NCBI GenBank assembly: GCA_040954595.2
Contig: CM082579.2
Coordinates: 2,183,908 to 2,247,907, forward strand
From: Balanoglossus misakiensis
Lineage: Eukaryota; Animalia; Hemichordata
DNA length: 64,000 bases
Direction of reading: 5' to 3'
Shown: in pieces, positions 25,301 to 35,100 of the stretch
Layout: every line of letters starts with the position of its first letter
Numbering within the stretch: the stretch's first letter is position 1
Position numbers and translations under genes: made by a program
The notes under the pieces: model-generated
The model's input: only the letters and a program-made list of their open reading frames with translations
Database searches by the model: none
Told to the model about the DNA's origin: nothing

Positions 25301-26464
25301 TGCGCAGTGACTCGATCACCAGTCGTGACATCTCCGTGCTCTCCTGGTCCCGTAACATCAAAACCAGTGACGTCACCATTTCCAGGGCCAGCATTGACGC
25401 CGACTGCATCACTTCCAGGAAATTCACCTGTCCAAGTGCTGACCCCAAGTCCGCAGACGAAATCGGCAACCGGGAGTCAACACAGCATAGTCAGCAATGA
25501 CACCAGCAGCACCAGCATTCCTTGTGGAGGGTCATCACAGAGTCTGGATTCTCAATATTCTGTCGGGAGTGCACAGACAGATTCTTATCTGACTAGTATT
25601 GCCATGACAGCGTCTTCTGTAGCTGATAACCTGTCTCCATTGATACACAGCACCTCTGATCTTGATGTCATGCAGAGACTGAGGATCGAACAGGATCTGG
25701 CGCCCGCTGATTCTATGGAGGCTGAGAAGTTTGGTGGTACTGGTCGGAAGGAGGCGAAGGAGAAAAGAGCAGAAAGTCCAAACAGCCCATCCAAGCAACA
25801 CAAACAGAGCAAAGTGAGTCGACTCATATCGATGCTCACTGGCAAATCCTCGGAGAAGAAACCACAGCCAGCTAAACTGCAAAGGAGTTTGTCAGTTGGT
25901 TCCCGGCCTGCCAGCGCGATACCGATGATGCGTCGAGGACAGGTCTCTGCTCTTGTCAACAATATGAACAATGTAACAGTCTCCACCACTATGGAGAGTC
26001 AGAACGCTTTATCAAACACTGCCAATTCCAATAACGCTCAGTACAATACAGCCACGCCAGACATGTCCACGCCTACCATACCAGAAACACCAATTATACC
26101 AGAGCCAATCTTGGAGGCCCCACCAGAGGATACCCAGCTAATAGTTACCCCAGTCTCTGAAAATGACCTCTCCTCAAGTCCAATGCCGACAAACTCTCCC
26201 ACCAAAATACCATCGCCAGCCACTTCAAAGGTATCACCGGCATCTGCAGTACTCACGGAAAAGTCGAGAGCGTCACCAAAGACGACCGCATCTCGATTCG
26301 GTCTGCCGCAAAGTCGCGCCTCGTTCACTGCCACAGACCGAGCTCCGCCGCCGAAATCGACCGCAGGCAGCGGTTTCACAAGATCTGCGTCAGTGAATGT
26401 TAAAACAGGCCGAAAATACATGTTCAACAAAGATCCAGCAAACATCAAGAAAACTAAAGTGTGA
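3895..26464 (+). CDS. Inverted formin (INF2/FHDC1 family): partial DID/FH3, FH1, FH2, WH2/DAD-like motif and very long disordered tail; 5'-partial, about 2630 aa within the window
   Basis: Exons 3895-4054, 7744-7777, 12181-12328, 13151-13912, 14265-14414, 16246-16307, 16619-16721, 17161-17246, 18125-18225, 18566-18636, 19159-19266, 19369-19560, 20102-20266, 20714-26464; all GT-AG and phase-consistent. Translation includes INF2-like DID sequence (QRYRFSLLIQEL..RIRVRNELIGLKLLDVL..QLDVFDESK), poly-Pro FH1, and FH2 motifs (MRTLNWSKIP, LLDGKRSLNVNIFLRQF, GNFINSGGYAGNAIGFKLTSLLKL, YFCEDP). No start exon was found in 1-3894. Confidence 0.93.
7744..7777 (+). CDS. 34-nt formin micro-exon (GLKLLDVLAAVR)
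   Basis: ttttcttttcag|GACTTAAA...GTCAG|gtaaga. Its phase 1-to-2 boundaries exactly bridge exons 3895-4054 and 12181-12328, and the peptide matches the INF2 DID segment GLQLLDVLARLR. Confidence 0.88.
12901..13012 (+). repeat. Imperfect minisatellite, about three copies of a ~34-bp unit
   Basis: ATAGTTAGGGCTAGACCATGGA recurs exactly at 12902 and 12971, with a degenerate copy between them. Confidence 0.8.
13151..13912 (+). CDS. Formin exon carrying the end of DID/dimerisation region, FH1 poly-proline and start of FH2
   Basis: ttttcttag|GTATATGAT...TCCCAG|gtgtgt; contains ORF 13277 with long poly-Pro runs (~13631-13760) and MRTLNWSKIP. Confidence 0.92.
14996..15098 (+). repeat. Degenerate tetranucleotide/dinucleotide microsatellite (ATAG/GGAT/CATA/CA)
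   Basis: atagatagatagatgggtggatggatgg...tacatacattcatacatacacac. Confidence 0.75.
19282..19362 (+). repeat. Compound microsatellite (GAT)18 plus (TAT)6 in a 102-nt formin intron
   Basis: Read directly from the sequence. Confidence 0.95.
20714..26464 (+). CDS. Terminal 5751-nt coding exon of the formin (WH2/DAD-like motif plus ~1900-aa Ser/Arg/Lys/Pro-rich tail)
   Basis: Acceptor ttcaacag|GAGAATCGC, in frame with ORF 20681-26464. Continues the FH2 C-terminal helix (ENRQRQ..EAK) and contains HIDNILGDIRSGF, which resembles the INF2 WH2/DAD core. Confidence 0.92.
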   Translation, partial: ENRQRQIDEAKAEMRRKQREEQEALKRRRIHRSGSLPAVGGALPGADGHIDNILGDIRSGFPQKRFNELVNQSSDVCPSPTSPAFSDNMSPNSPADDSGVFGFSRTNSLRRSRQKFKIFESINEGDKDEGLNQADERRFSIYSTSSSSSKDDSPYGSVSSRRYRNINSSPADDELFDALHQMKTSDQVGEFRREGSLRRSRRKGGIKDATDTSRERTDSPSRLTDDREQPPKTLERSKSSIDPRDINDALKQYEKSLSTADRFDSGSRSKLRRPRSYIDSRDVDRALGINNDNSEPEWKSQIRRRPRSYDFKGVTTESLLQDDKQEEKTPDFRSRLRSPSSSGEQNVGDGLDTNQNKDSSEVSWKSRLRSTRPRSYIESRDVDKVLGLERNKDSDGSDTEVRQPRRGRRSAILTDQDFAVSTIARQENWRRKLSQDEEGNAAKRSETEKKEDAPPVKENTYTPGAKTPPPVPARSDSAGKTEKVRSFRDRRRARSELDANEVTTALDGHSANVVSSQAVPSKSAPVENKPAQKSDKVSYRLRYATDLDTSEEGMKVKYSIADTEKTGSDITSKSDTASTNERVGDDTHVSKTTNEIKSVAAAATATAAATNKLEHAPGNVDKLSTKVDSRKPEKYANGEQKSPLVVHKRWKSEMDKTDIQKALEEAEEKRKQSETESQSPKGSESPRSITKRRLRLRLESINYNVESTLDAVEQSLTEKRKELKSPMDDDPTSRRRRQSAYDDQESRVFEEKPVAAADLFKNADDEPPYFVFQPRRKPTKDRMMIEHLLTGVNQAIGEDESRQDGQSKQTPPEGKTTEQPREEDEERQWANIIKQHTEIKKDLHEMKKEMKRRESVGDGNKFSKRNTDSIKIEDIETVDSDKESEKSSNLEKLVIREPIDDNRPSPTKSNVARMKMLFQQGQAGKKNRRTGAVQPPTASVAVAKELEKVSQSVEKSKDIIPSPTPDQIESKKDINDNEDVNIRKSFGEADSVSRRKDPAADTERRQSADISIAGSDRTEDDYRKDSLDDGVLYTSGNEGDIESDSEEKDAAAMPKSVSPKPNQKHKVEVRLSQNEGTVKKTPPVKKQSVKDTPKSKVKEHRIPSYAAPTRASFRRTETPTQTKTRTPGTSTGVKKKTASPADKKNMTAVQSLLHKTRSKSRESLDSATSEADSHAGTRSRSGSPASTCSTVSTASRRSFSSAENRKLYSSVRVKTDTRNRAPNKTPRPKSTTSVELGLTKKSTISKLPTKPHIQKPAARHGPSKTDQAVEAARQRRLSSSSPVCERHNKSDSDSGSRQSTPTPPRPSSRISSGRSSPRSASPAGSVKGEKTTPRKANVTETPTRGGVKADSGHGVPTRKPPVPKAPVRKTTKPHCAPAEPAANKSKSVKRQAPGIPKPTVSSMNKASAASTSVPRPVSGTASSSPVKKHVTPKKITTSANPKTPEQKKMPESPRTPRTTIKMGTASLGLTNYQAPGTKGQTVPPARPTTLNTTPHASHESSAWKREAVQRSLGQHTPSGGTSPLQSPQQCAVTRSPVVTSPCSPGPVTSKPVTSPFPGPALTPTASLPGNSPVQVLTPSPQTKSATGSQHSIVSNDTSSTSIPCGGSSQSLDSQYSVGSAQTDSYLTSIAMTASSVADNLSPLIHSTSDLDVMQRLRIEQDLAPADSMEAEKFGGTGRKEAKEKRAESPNSPSKQHKQSKVSRLISMLTGKSSEKKPQPAKLQRSLSVGSRPASAIPMMRRGQVSALVNNMNNVTVSTTMESQNALSNTANSNNAQYNTATPDMSTPTIPETPIIPEPILEAPPEDTQLIVTPVSENDLSSSPMPTNSPTKIPSPATSKVSPASAVLTEKSRASPKTTASRFGLPQSRASFTATDRAPPPKSTAGSGFTRSASVNVKTGRKYMFNKDPANIKKTKV

Positions 26465-28152
26465 GAATATGGACAAGATTTCAACAAAGGCTACATATAG
26501 GGGACTCGTTTGCTGTGATAGGTGACATGCAAAGATATGCCGAGTTCCTCAGATGAAGTTCCTCATTGTTTGACTCTAATCAGCTCAGGGAAATTCTATA
26601 CACACCACGTCAGACTTCAAAAAGTTGTAAATCCACGTGTAGTTGTCAAGGTAGCGTAAGATACAACAGTGGTGTGAAAACAGCCCAAACGTGGGGCGTT
26701 CACTTACGTTGCCAAGGCAATAGAACAAAGTACACGGCTGACCAATTCTGACCCTCCAATCAATTTTAAGGGTGAGTTGCGTCCGCTAAAATGTGAGTTT
26801 CTGAATTCAGAGGTGCTACCAACATATGCCGCCCAGAGAGCAAAGGGCGTGAACATGGACAAAAACATTCGTCTAACAGCTTCGCAAGGCCGACGGTGTT
26901 GTTCACATCATTACACGGATTTGAATGAAATGAACAGTGCTGTAGAATGTCGCATCGCATCGCAGGTCTAACCAGGACCCCCGAAACCAGTTCAAATACA
27001 TGACGTTGTGAAATAGTGACCACTACGATAGACCTGAACATGGTTTCTCTACATTTTACATTCCATCACTCTATCAAGGTGCCTGAGATTGTAAAATGCC
27101 ATGTAAGCGAGTTTTATGTGGAAACACTATTTTTTGACAATCCTTCAAAAAAAATCAAATCCCATCGAGAGAAACATATATTTTTACTTCTTATTTTACA
27201 CGAACATTTATTTACATGTGGGATAAGGATTTGACATGTTTTTGGCTCGGTATTTTGTGATTCGTCTGTTTAAAATTACGCATGCGCAACATAACCACTT
27301 TATGGTAATCAAAATAATCAAATTCAAAATAAACTTATAAGTCAGGCAAATTTTTCAACTTCCAAAATTTTGAATGTGAAATATCTTTATTACTGAGACA
27401 AGAAGGTATTAGTGTGACCAGAAAAGGCGAGAGAGAATCAGTGCTATTAAACCGTGCCTTGGGGTGTATTATTTCCATATTATCTACGATATAGATCCTT
27501 ATTCACGTGATTACATGTGTTATTAGCGCGTGCCTCAAATGTGCACGTCGTCGTTTATGGGAAAGCGTGGCCAGCCCTCGTACAACACACGTCATTCGTT
27601 TTGTGATAAATATCAGTTAATAATAGCAGAGGGTTGGTGGTTGTGCGCGGAGTGTTGTATTTCTAGAACCAAGTGGTGTCGAAAAGCCGAAAACTCTCAC
27701 GAAAACAGATAATCCACTCTCAATTAATTATCATACAGGATAGTTACGCCATTATGGCAATATATGGACAGTAAGTGGATGGTTTAATTTTGACGCCAAA
27801 TTTTTGTATTTTCTGTAAAATATTTGTATTACTACTAACAACGGCGGAAAGGTTCTCCTTTCCAGAGAAATTTCAATATACATATTATATACCGAATGAA
27901 CCTTATTTAGTGGATTATGCAATGCATACTCTTATATTTTTATTTCTTTAATTTTCCCTGATTTCCCCCTTCCGTTTATGTGCATGCAACGGTCATGGTA
28001 CCTCACAATTGCGAATGCCTTCTTATTTATTTCTGCTTGCTTTTTATTCAGTGAAATCAGTTTCTGGTTACACATTTTTTTCGGGTTTACCGGTTGTCAT
28101 GACAATCCATGTACAACAACTTTTCAATGCCATTACTATTATTATTTATGTT

Positions 28153-28158
28153 AATAAA
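28153..28158 (+). terminator. Candidate polyadenylation signal of the formin mRNA
   Basis: AATAAA in AU-rich sequence about 1.7 kb after the stop, with GT-rich sequence downstream; not validated. Confidence 0.35.
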
Positions 28159-31100
28159 CATTAATTTTTTACAGTAAAAGTATATAAAATAGTCTTGGTG
28201 TATTTTTAAAGAACGGGGTCGTGTTGCATTGTGTTTGCAGAGAGAGAGGGGAGGGGGAAATCACCGATTCTAACATGTATGTGATGTGATCAACTGATAG
28301 GTACCGGTTTGTTTGCTGATGAAATTGCAATGATTGGTCATCATGATTGATTTACTTCTTTATTTTTATGACAATAAAGATGTCTGCTATCTTCTATATT
28401 GTCGCGAGACGAGTGAACGCCCTCTTGCGACTGGTTTGTCAATATCTCTTTTACCCAAATTCACACCCGGGGCGCTTTCATCATGGACATACAATACGGG
28501 CGATTGTTAAGCTGGTTGTGTTTCTCTGGTTTTTATATTCTATCACTTCTGTTTTGTGGATTTCTGTGACCAGACAACCACCCAGTGAACATTGGACCAC
28601 ACACGGTGACGTGCGTTCAAAAAGCTTTTATAAAACAGAAGTGACTCGTGCATTGCGAAAAAGAGCAGCGTCTTCTTCCAACAGTCTTTGGCTTCTCCTT
28701 GTGGCTTATTTCGTTTAACCACGGTCGTCCATTGTACCATTTGGAACGTCTATTGTACATACAAGAACAGGTTACGTACACTCTCATTGGAGGTGACGTC
28801 TAAATATAGATTCTTTGCTCCATCATTAACCTTTATCAATGATTAAGCTAACCTTCTGAGCGTTTCAACAATAACTCAACTCGTCTGGTTTGTAATGTAC
28901 CCGATTGCTGTGCATCTCTGTTGGCCCTCTTCCAAATAATCTTGCATTGAACACAGGCTGAGGTCACCATAAGGTCACAATTTTGTTGGAGTGATGTATT
29001 ATTCTGCGGTTGCAATTGATCTGGGCAACGCCTGAGCTATCAAGAGTAATCCTGTATATTTACAGTGTTGTAATGTAATGTTATCACTGTTTGTCCGACT
29101 GTACACTTTGATAATAAGGAAAAACGACAAAATTTACAATTGTTCACAAGTTCACATTTTTGACTAAAAACTGATATCGAAATTCTTCTTTCTTTACAAA
29201 ATGATGAACAATAATCAAACCCACACGTTCGCCCTGTAAAGTACCATCGCCAAGCGACGTACAACCATTTGCAAAACTCCATACGTGCTTGACACGGGAA
29301 CACTAGACTAACCTGCCACCTTAATACTCAGTAATCAATGATAAGCATTGACAATCCAGTGGTTAAATGGAGGCATTGTTGGCCGACAATGGTGCAAGGA
29401 CATTAAAAAATCCAGCACTCACAGATAACGTCAGCCAGTTTGGAACGTATATAAAAGAAGTTGTGGTCCAGGGCGTAGGACTGTAAACGGTCTATTATCT
29501 TCAATATGCGCCTATGCCTATATGTTGCCGCAAGGCAGCTTCCGAAAAATGTCGTTACTTGGTCTAGACAGTTTTTAGTGCCACATGTCCATTTTCTCTA
29601 GCCTCGTCAGTGTTCAAATTATGATCACTGTTGAGAACTTTTCTTCTTTTGGGGTTTGCTATCAATGACACCTTTATACTTTGTGCTACACCCTAAAAGC
29701 TCATCTCAACAACACCCCACACGGGCCACACACATTAATATCAATATCTCCTACTTCCATATGGAGAATTCAATGACATCTGTTGCCAGAAATTCCCTGA
29801 TGATGTACACATTTCTATGCAGATTAAACTTTAATTTAACTGCCCACTCCCACACAAAACCAATTGTGTAACAGCTATAACTTTAAACTTTGGTATCGAC
29901 CGGGCCATTACAGAAAATCCTTGGCTCAGAAACACCAGATGCAACACAAACATCTTTGACACAAGCCGTCCCACCAAAAACCAATCTTGTATGTCTCTCA
30001 GCAACCATGTCAAATCACTTTTCTGTTCCATGCTGTCACAAATCTAAGCCATTCCAGTATATACTGAACCATGCAAACATGAAATTTTGTGGCAGTCTCT
30101 AACCTAGAACATTTCCTTACTTTCATTACCCTTTCACCCCCAGTTCCCTCTTTAGAGGTCCAACATACCATAGAAACAATGACTTGGACTTGACCATAGT
30201 GGCAAAAGGGTGGAGCCATGCCTGAACACCAAATGAGTGTGAAGCAAAATTCACAACTTCTCTACTGTAACAGACAGGGTAAAAAAAGAGTAAGCACTGA
30301 AACCTTGAACTTGAAGTGGGAAGCATTGTTTATTGGGTTTGCAGCTAGAGAATAGAGATTTTCATATTCAAAATGTCAAGTTCAAAATATCTTGCATTCT
30401 GCTACCTGTAAAACCCTACCAGTCTCCAAATATTTTATACAACTCAGTTGTGTATAAATTGATGCACTTCATTTTACAAAACATTTACATCATAAGCAAA
30501 GACAAAAAAATAAATGCAAATTGAAACAGAACCAATGTAGTAGTACTACTCATCATCAAAGTACTTGAAACTGGGATGCATGGATAGATTTCTTTTGCAA
30601 TATATACAACACTCACAAAAAACGGTAGTACAATCTTAAAGTCAGGTGTATGACATGATGAACTGTGTGTGTACTGTACGCACTCTTAGCATAACTTGGT
30701 ATTACAAGATGGGTTTGAAAATGACGTTAAGAAACTATTCACTTTATAAAAAAAATAACTATAACAGGAAAAAATGGAACTAGTACTCTCTGTTGAAACG
30801 TCGATATGGTATAATACATACTTGGCATACTTTACTCTATTATCTTTAGGCTAATCTTACATTGGCATGATTCTTAAGTGTATGATCTAAACCTACTTTG
30901 TAACTAGATTGGATGCGTGTGCAGTTGTGGCAACACAATCGTTTTTCTAGTGTAAACTCTACCAAGATGAAGTGTTTGAAAAAATCTGTAGCCTTATAAA
31001 GAGTACGAAGTGTTGACTTATACATTTACAGCTGTGGTATCTGGTGTTCGGTATTAAAAACCTACAAAATGGTGAAAAGTGGTTTTTCTTGACATGTAAA

Positions 31101-32169
31101 TGCAGAATGCTATTCATTACATTTCAGTCTGTTTGAGTTGCCCAATTTTACTCTTTTAAAACATACACGGTCACCTTCTGATCAACAGAAAATGCTGCTA
31201 GTTCTCTTGCTGTGAAAAAGTACCATTGAGCACAATAACTCTAACCGCAGATTTGTTCTAGATTTTTGAAGTAAAAAATAACAAGAGAGCGATCATCTGA
31301 GACAACAGCACACTTTGACATATGGTGCCTGGCATGTCACAACAGTGAAACATCCCAGACACAACATGACAAGCTCCACAACCTGCATCCACAATCAGAT
31401 GATAGCTCCCCTGTTATCCAAAACTCTCAGGAAGGCCACCAAGGTATCCAAGCAAAACAGCCTAGATGGTAAATTCTAAATCTGACCATTTGATCACGAC
31501 GGCGCAAGTGGAATTCCAAGTAAGTACTTTAGCATTTAGTACTATTTTTAACTTAAAAATAAGAAAAAGAAAGAGAGATAGCAAGATGCAGGCAACTAAT
31601 ATCCCAAACGCATTCCTAGAAAGCTCATGACCTTAAACATGCATGATACTTGGATTTTTCATGACACATGAAGATGACAACTCATTCATGAAAACAGGAA
31701 AGGAAAATAGGGAGAGATTACAGTAAACATCTGCTGAAGATGGTGGCAGTCAACTAACTGTAAATTAAGCATTTATAAAAAAAAAAGCGTGTGGTCCCGT
31801 GATAGACCCAGCTAGCAGTACCCAGAAAGCAATGCTACATACATACTTCCACCCAATTAACACATTGCTTTTACATAGAAGCAGATTCTTATACATTACA
31901 TACATGAACAGCAAATGTCCATTCACACGTGCATGACTCAACAGCTTGCATAGCAGTTTCATGCTGAGAGTAAAAATCGTACAACAGCTGTTTTTTTTTT
32001 TTTTTTTTTTGGACCAAAGACTGTAATAATCAAATTGCAAATTTTATGCTAGCTGTTTATTTGAATATATTATTAATCTATGATGGTTTTATTTTAAAAT
32101 GGCTGCTGCGTGCATTTGAATTCCATGTACAACTTTCCCCATTGAAGGGGAAAAAGCCTGCACATTTAT

Positions 32170-35100
32170 TTAGAATATACCACTGGACTTTCCACCTGGG
32201 GGGATACGACCAGGCTTGACAGCCCCTTCTTCGTATGCTTTGACGCCAGCTGGTGGCAGATCTTCGGGTTTCAGGCGGTCTGGTCTGCTGCGGCGGGCAC
32301 CAGCGTCGGAGGTGGTCGTATCGGGGCTGCTTGGTACGATAGGATTGCCCACCTCCTGTTGTTTGACGTGTTTCTTGTGACTGTCAGGGGCACCAGTGAT
32401 TGGGTTGATGTTCCCTGTGACAGCAGAGGAGGGGGAAGAATAGAGAACACAGAATTAGGGTCTGATCCCAAGTGGAAGGCTCAAAATTGACAGCTGCCAA
32501 ATTTTTACTAATGCACATGCTACCAATGCATAATCAGTTTAACTTGGTCAAGCTTCATTTCTGGAGCTGAAAATGTACAGAATGTTATTAGCAATACATG
32601 AAACCGTTTTGGAAGGAGAAACATTTTAAAACACATTTTCATTTTGGGCTTAAAGACTCGCTGTCTCTGCTTGACCATCAAGTCCTCTCGTATGCAGTGT
32701 GATAATTTTTTTGTGTCATGACCCAGGTGTGTGACCTTATATTCTAGTTTCTTCACTAATGTAAAGTGTGGTCTTTCGACATCTCTGTCTTTATCTTGCA
32801 CACAGCATGTTCTATACGAGACACTACATTTTCTGTTTGCATAAATGTAGTTTTTCAGATCACTTTTAAATAGTGCAAGCCTGATTTCGCTTTTCCAAAG
32901 ATCGAAAATTTACATTCAGTCATATGAAATGTCTGCTTGCATGGTCATGCAAAGGTCATGTTTAACCTCAATCACATGAGTGAAACTTCACACAGTACAA
33001 GACGTGTTGTGCACATCAATCGAGATTGACTCATTCCTTTCAGATGCCCTTTCATTTTATATTCATTGGGCCAATCCATATTACTGACAAAACTGGGATT
33101 GGATTGTGGGTGAAAGGACAGTCAGTTAATAACATATCAGGTGTTAGTGAAATTATTTATCAAAACACACATTTGCATTGTTAAGACAAACCAACCATAG
33201 GGTGACTCAATAAATTGTCCCAATAAAGTCAATGTTTTATCTTTTTGATAACTTGTTTGCATATAGAAAACCTGCATTCTGACTCTACACACTACAATGC
33301 ATATTGTTGATTTTGCATGTTGACGTAGAAATTCTCTCAAAACATTGCCATATTAGCACATGGCAAACCAATTGATCTGAAAAAATATGGCACAGAATAT
33401 CAGCTTCCAATAATAGATCTGATGAAACCTGTAATTTAAAATAGGCAAAGGGTTGATTCTGTACAAACAGCACATGCATAAATTAACATGGAAATATGGG
33501 CATTCTTATGTAGGTTTATGCATGTCTGCATCTCTAGCGCTATCTTGTTGGCCTGCAGTATTTTATTCTGGAGTAAGCCTATTTACGAAGGCTGTACATG
33601 AATGTCTCGGGCAGTAACGCTGTTAGTCACTGAAGTAAAACAATGAGTCACGATCCTGTATAGAACATTACTGACACCGAGGGTGGACGTGGCATTTACA
33701 ATTCTCACTGGGTAAACACCTTAAAGACATGAACATTTTGTATGTGGAGGGGTTGATGGGTTTGGAAAGCAGCAGCCATCGCACAGGGACACAAGATCTA
33801 AAGTACAGTGTTTTTCTACGATACATAAACTCTTTCAGCAAGGTTGAAAAACAATCCTGGCTAGTTGGCACAGAAAACCTATGGGTTACTGTGTTGCTAA
33901 GTTGCTGGCAGTCTGTTGTCTGGTTCAGATAATTGCGCAAAATACAGATGTTTGCATGTCAAATACCTAGTACTCATAGAGATACAATTACAAATTAAAC
34001 AGCAGCATGTCCAGTGTGAAGTTTCAGATCAAAATCACCCATATTTGAGAACCACTGATGTCAGTGTATCATCAGCAAAAAGATTTAATACACATAGAGA
34101 TACATTTTAAAAGATAGATGAAGATGAGCACCATTGTAATGACCATAACCATTTTGGAAGATTCCTTCATCGTGACTGTCACTCATTCATTCTATAGTTA
34201 CACCATGTTAGCTGCAAGATCATGGAATGTGTAAACCAGTGTCTACACAATGCTTAAAATTATGTGAGAGGAAGGAAGTTTCTGCAAGGAGAGATGGCCT
34301 GATTCAGCCTGGGCACATCTTGGCAGAGTCAGGGATTATAATTCCCCAATAGCAAAGGCAGTATATCGGTGTGCTCGAAAGCAAGGTGAATAACACCATC
34401 TATACAAATTGGAAAATAAAGCACAAAGCAAGCCTTACAGAGAACATAAGACAGGAACGAAGCAACTTAAAAACGCTGGAAGCAAATACAGCCAAATTAC
34501 AATGACATGTAGAGAGAGCCAAGAGAGAGGACAGTTACCACTGGATGTGGAGAGTTGCAAGTACATGTAACTTTGCAATTAGACCAGTCTCGTCATGCAA
34601 GTGGAACTTACAACCACATAAAAGTTGATCACATTCAAATGAAAAAAACAAAAAAGATATTGATTACTAAAACCTCCAAGTTCACAGGGATTGATAAGAA
34701 TTGATCACCTGCTCCGGTGTCTTTCCCTCCTTCTCGGCAATAGACTGCGGCAAAACTGTTACTTTCACGGGTAGGATACTGACGCCTTGTGGGTTTATCG
34801 TCAGTGTCAGCCTCAACATCGACAACATCTCCACCCATGTACAGAGTGGAGACATTGCGCCGATTACCTCCAGGCTTTAAGTCTGAGTGCGGCTGAGCCT
34901 TGCCACCAAACAGGTTACCTTTGGTGTCAACTTCCCCTACAAGTATGTGTACAAATCAATACGTTATTATATACTTCCACTTGGGTTGTGGCAAATAAAG
35001 CAACACAGAGCACAGATGGATTACAACAAGCATTATTTTGCCTTGCCATGCGTATATCTTTTGTTTGAATGCAACAACTACTCTTCATGATTAGATGTGT

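Noticed and set aside
20681-26464. 1927-aa ORF as a stand-alone intronless gene or viral/TE protein
   Set aside because: It begins at a splice acceptor in frame with the FH2 exons and shows no transposase, RT or viral motifs; it is the formin's last exon.
20697-26487. Numerous antisense and alternate-frame ORFs (for example 24160-25104, 314 aa)
   Set aside because: Shadow ORFs of a long low-complexity coding exon, with no recognisable domains.
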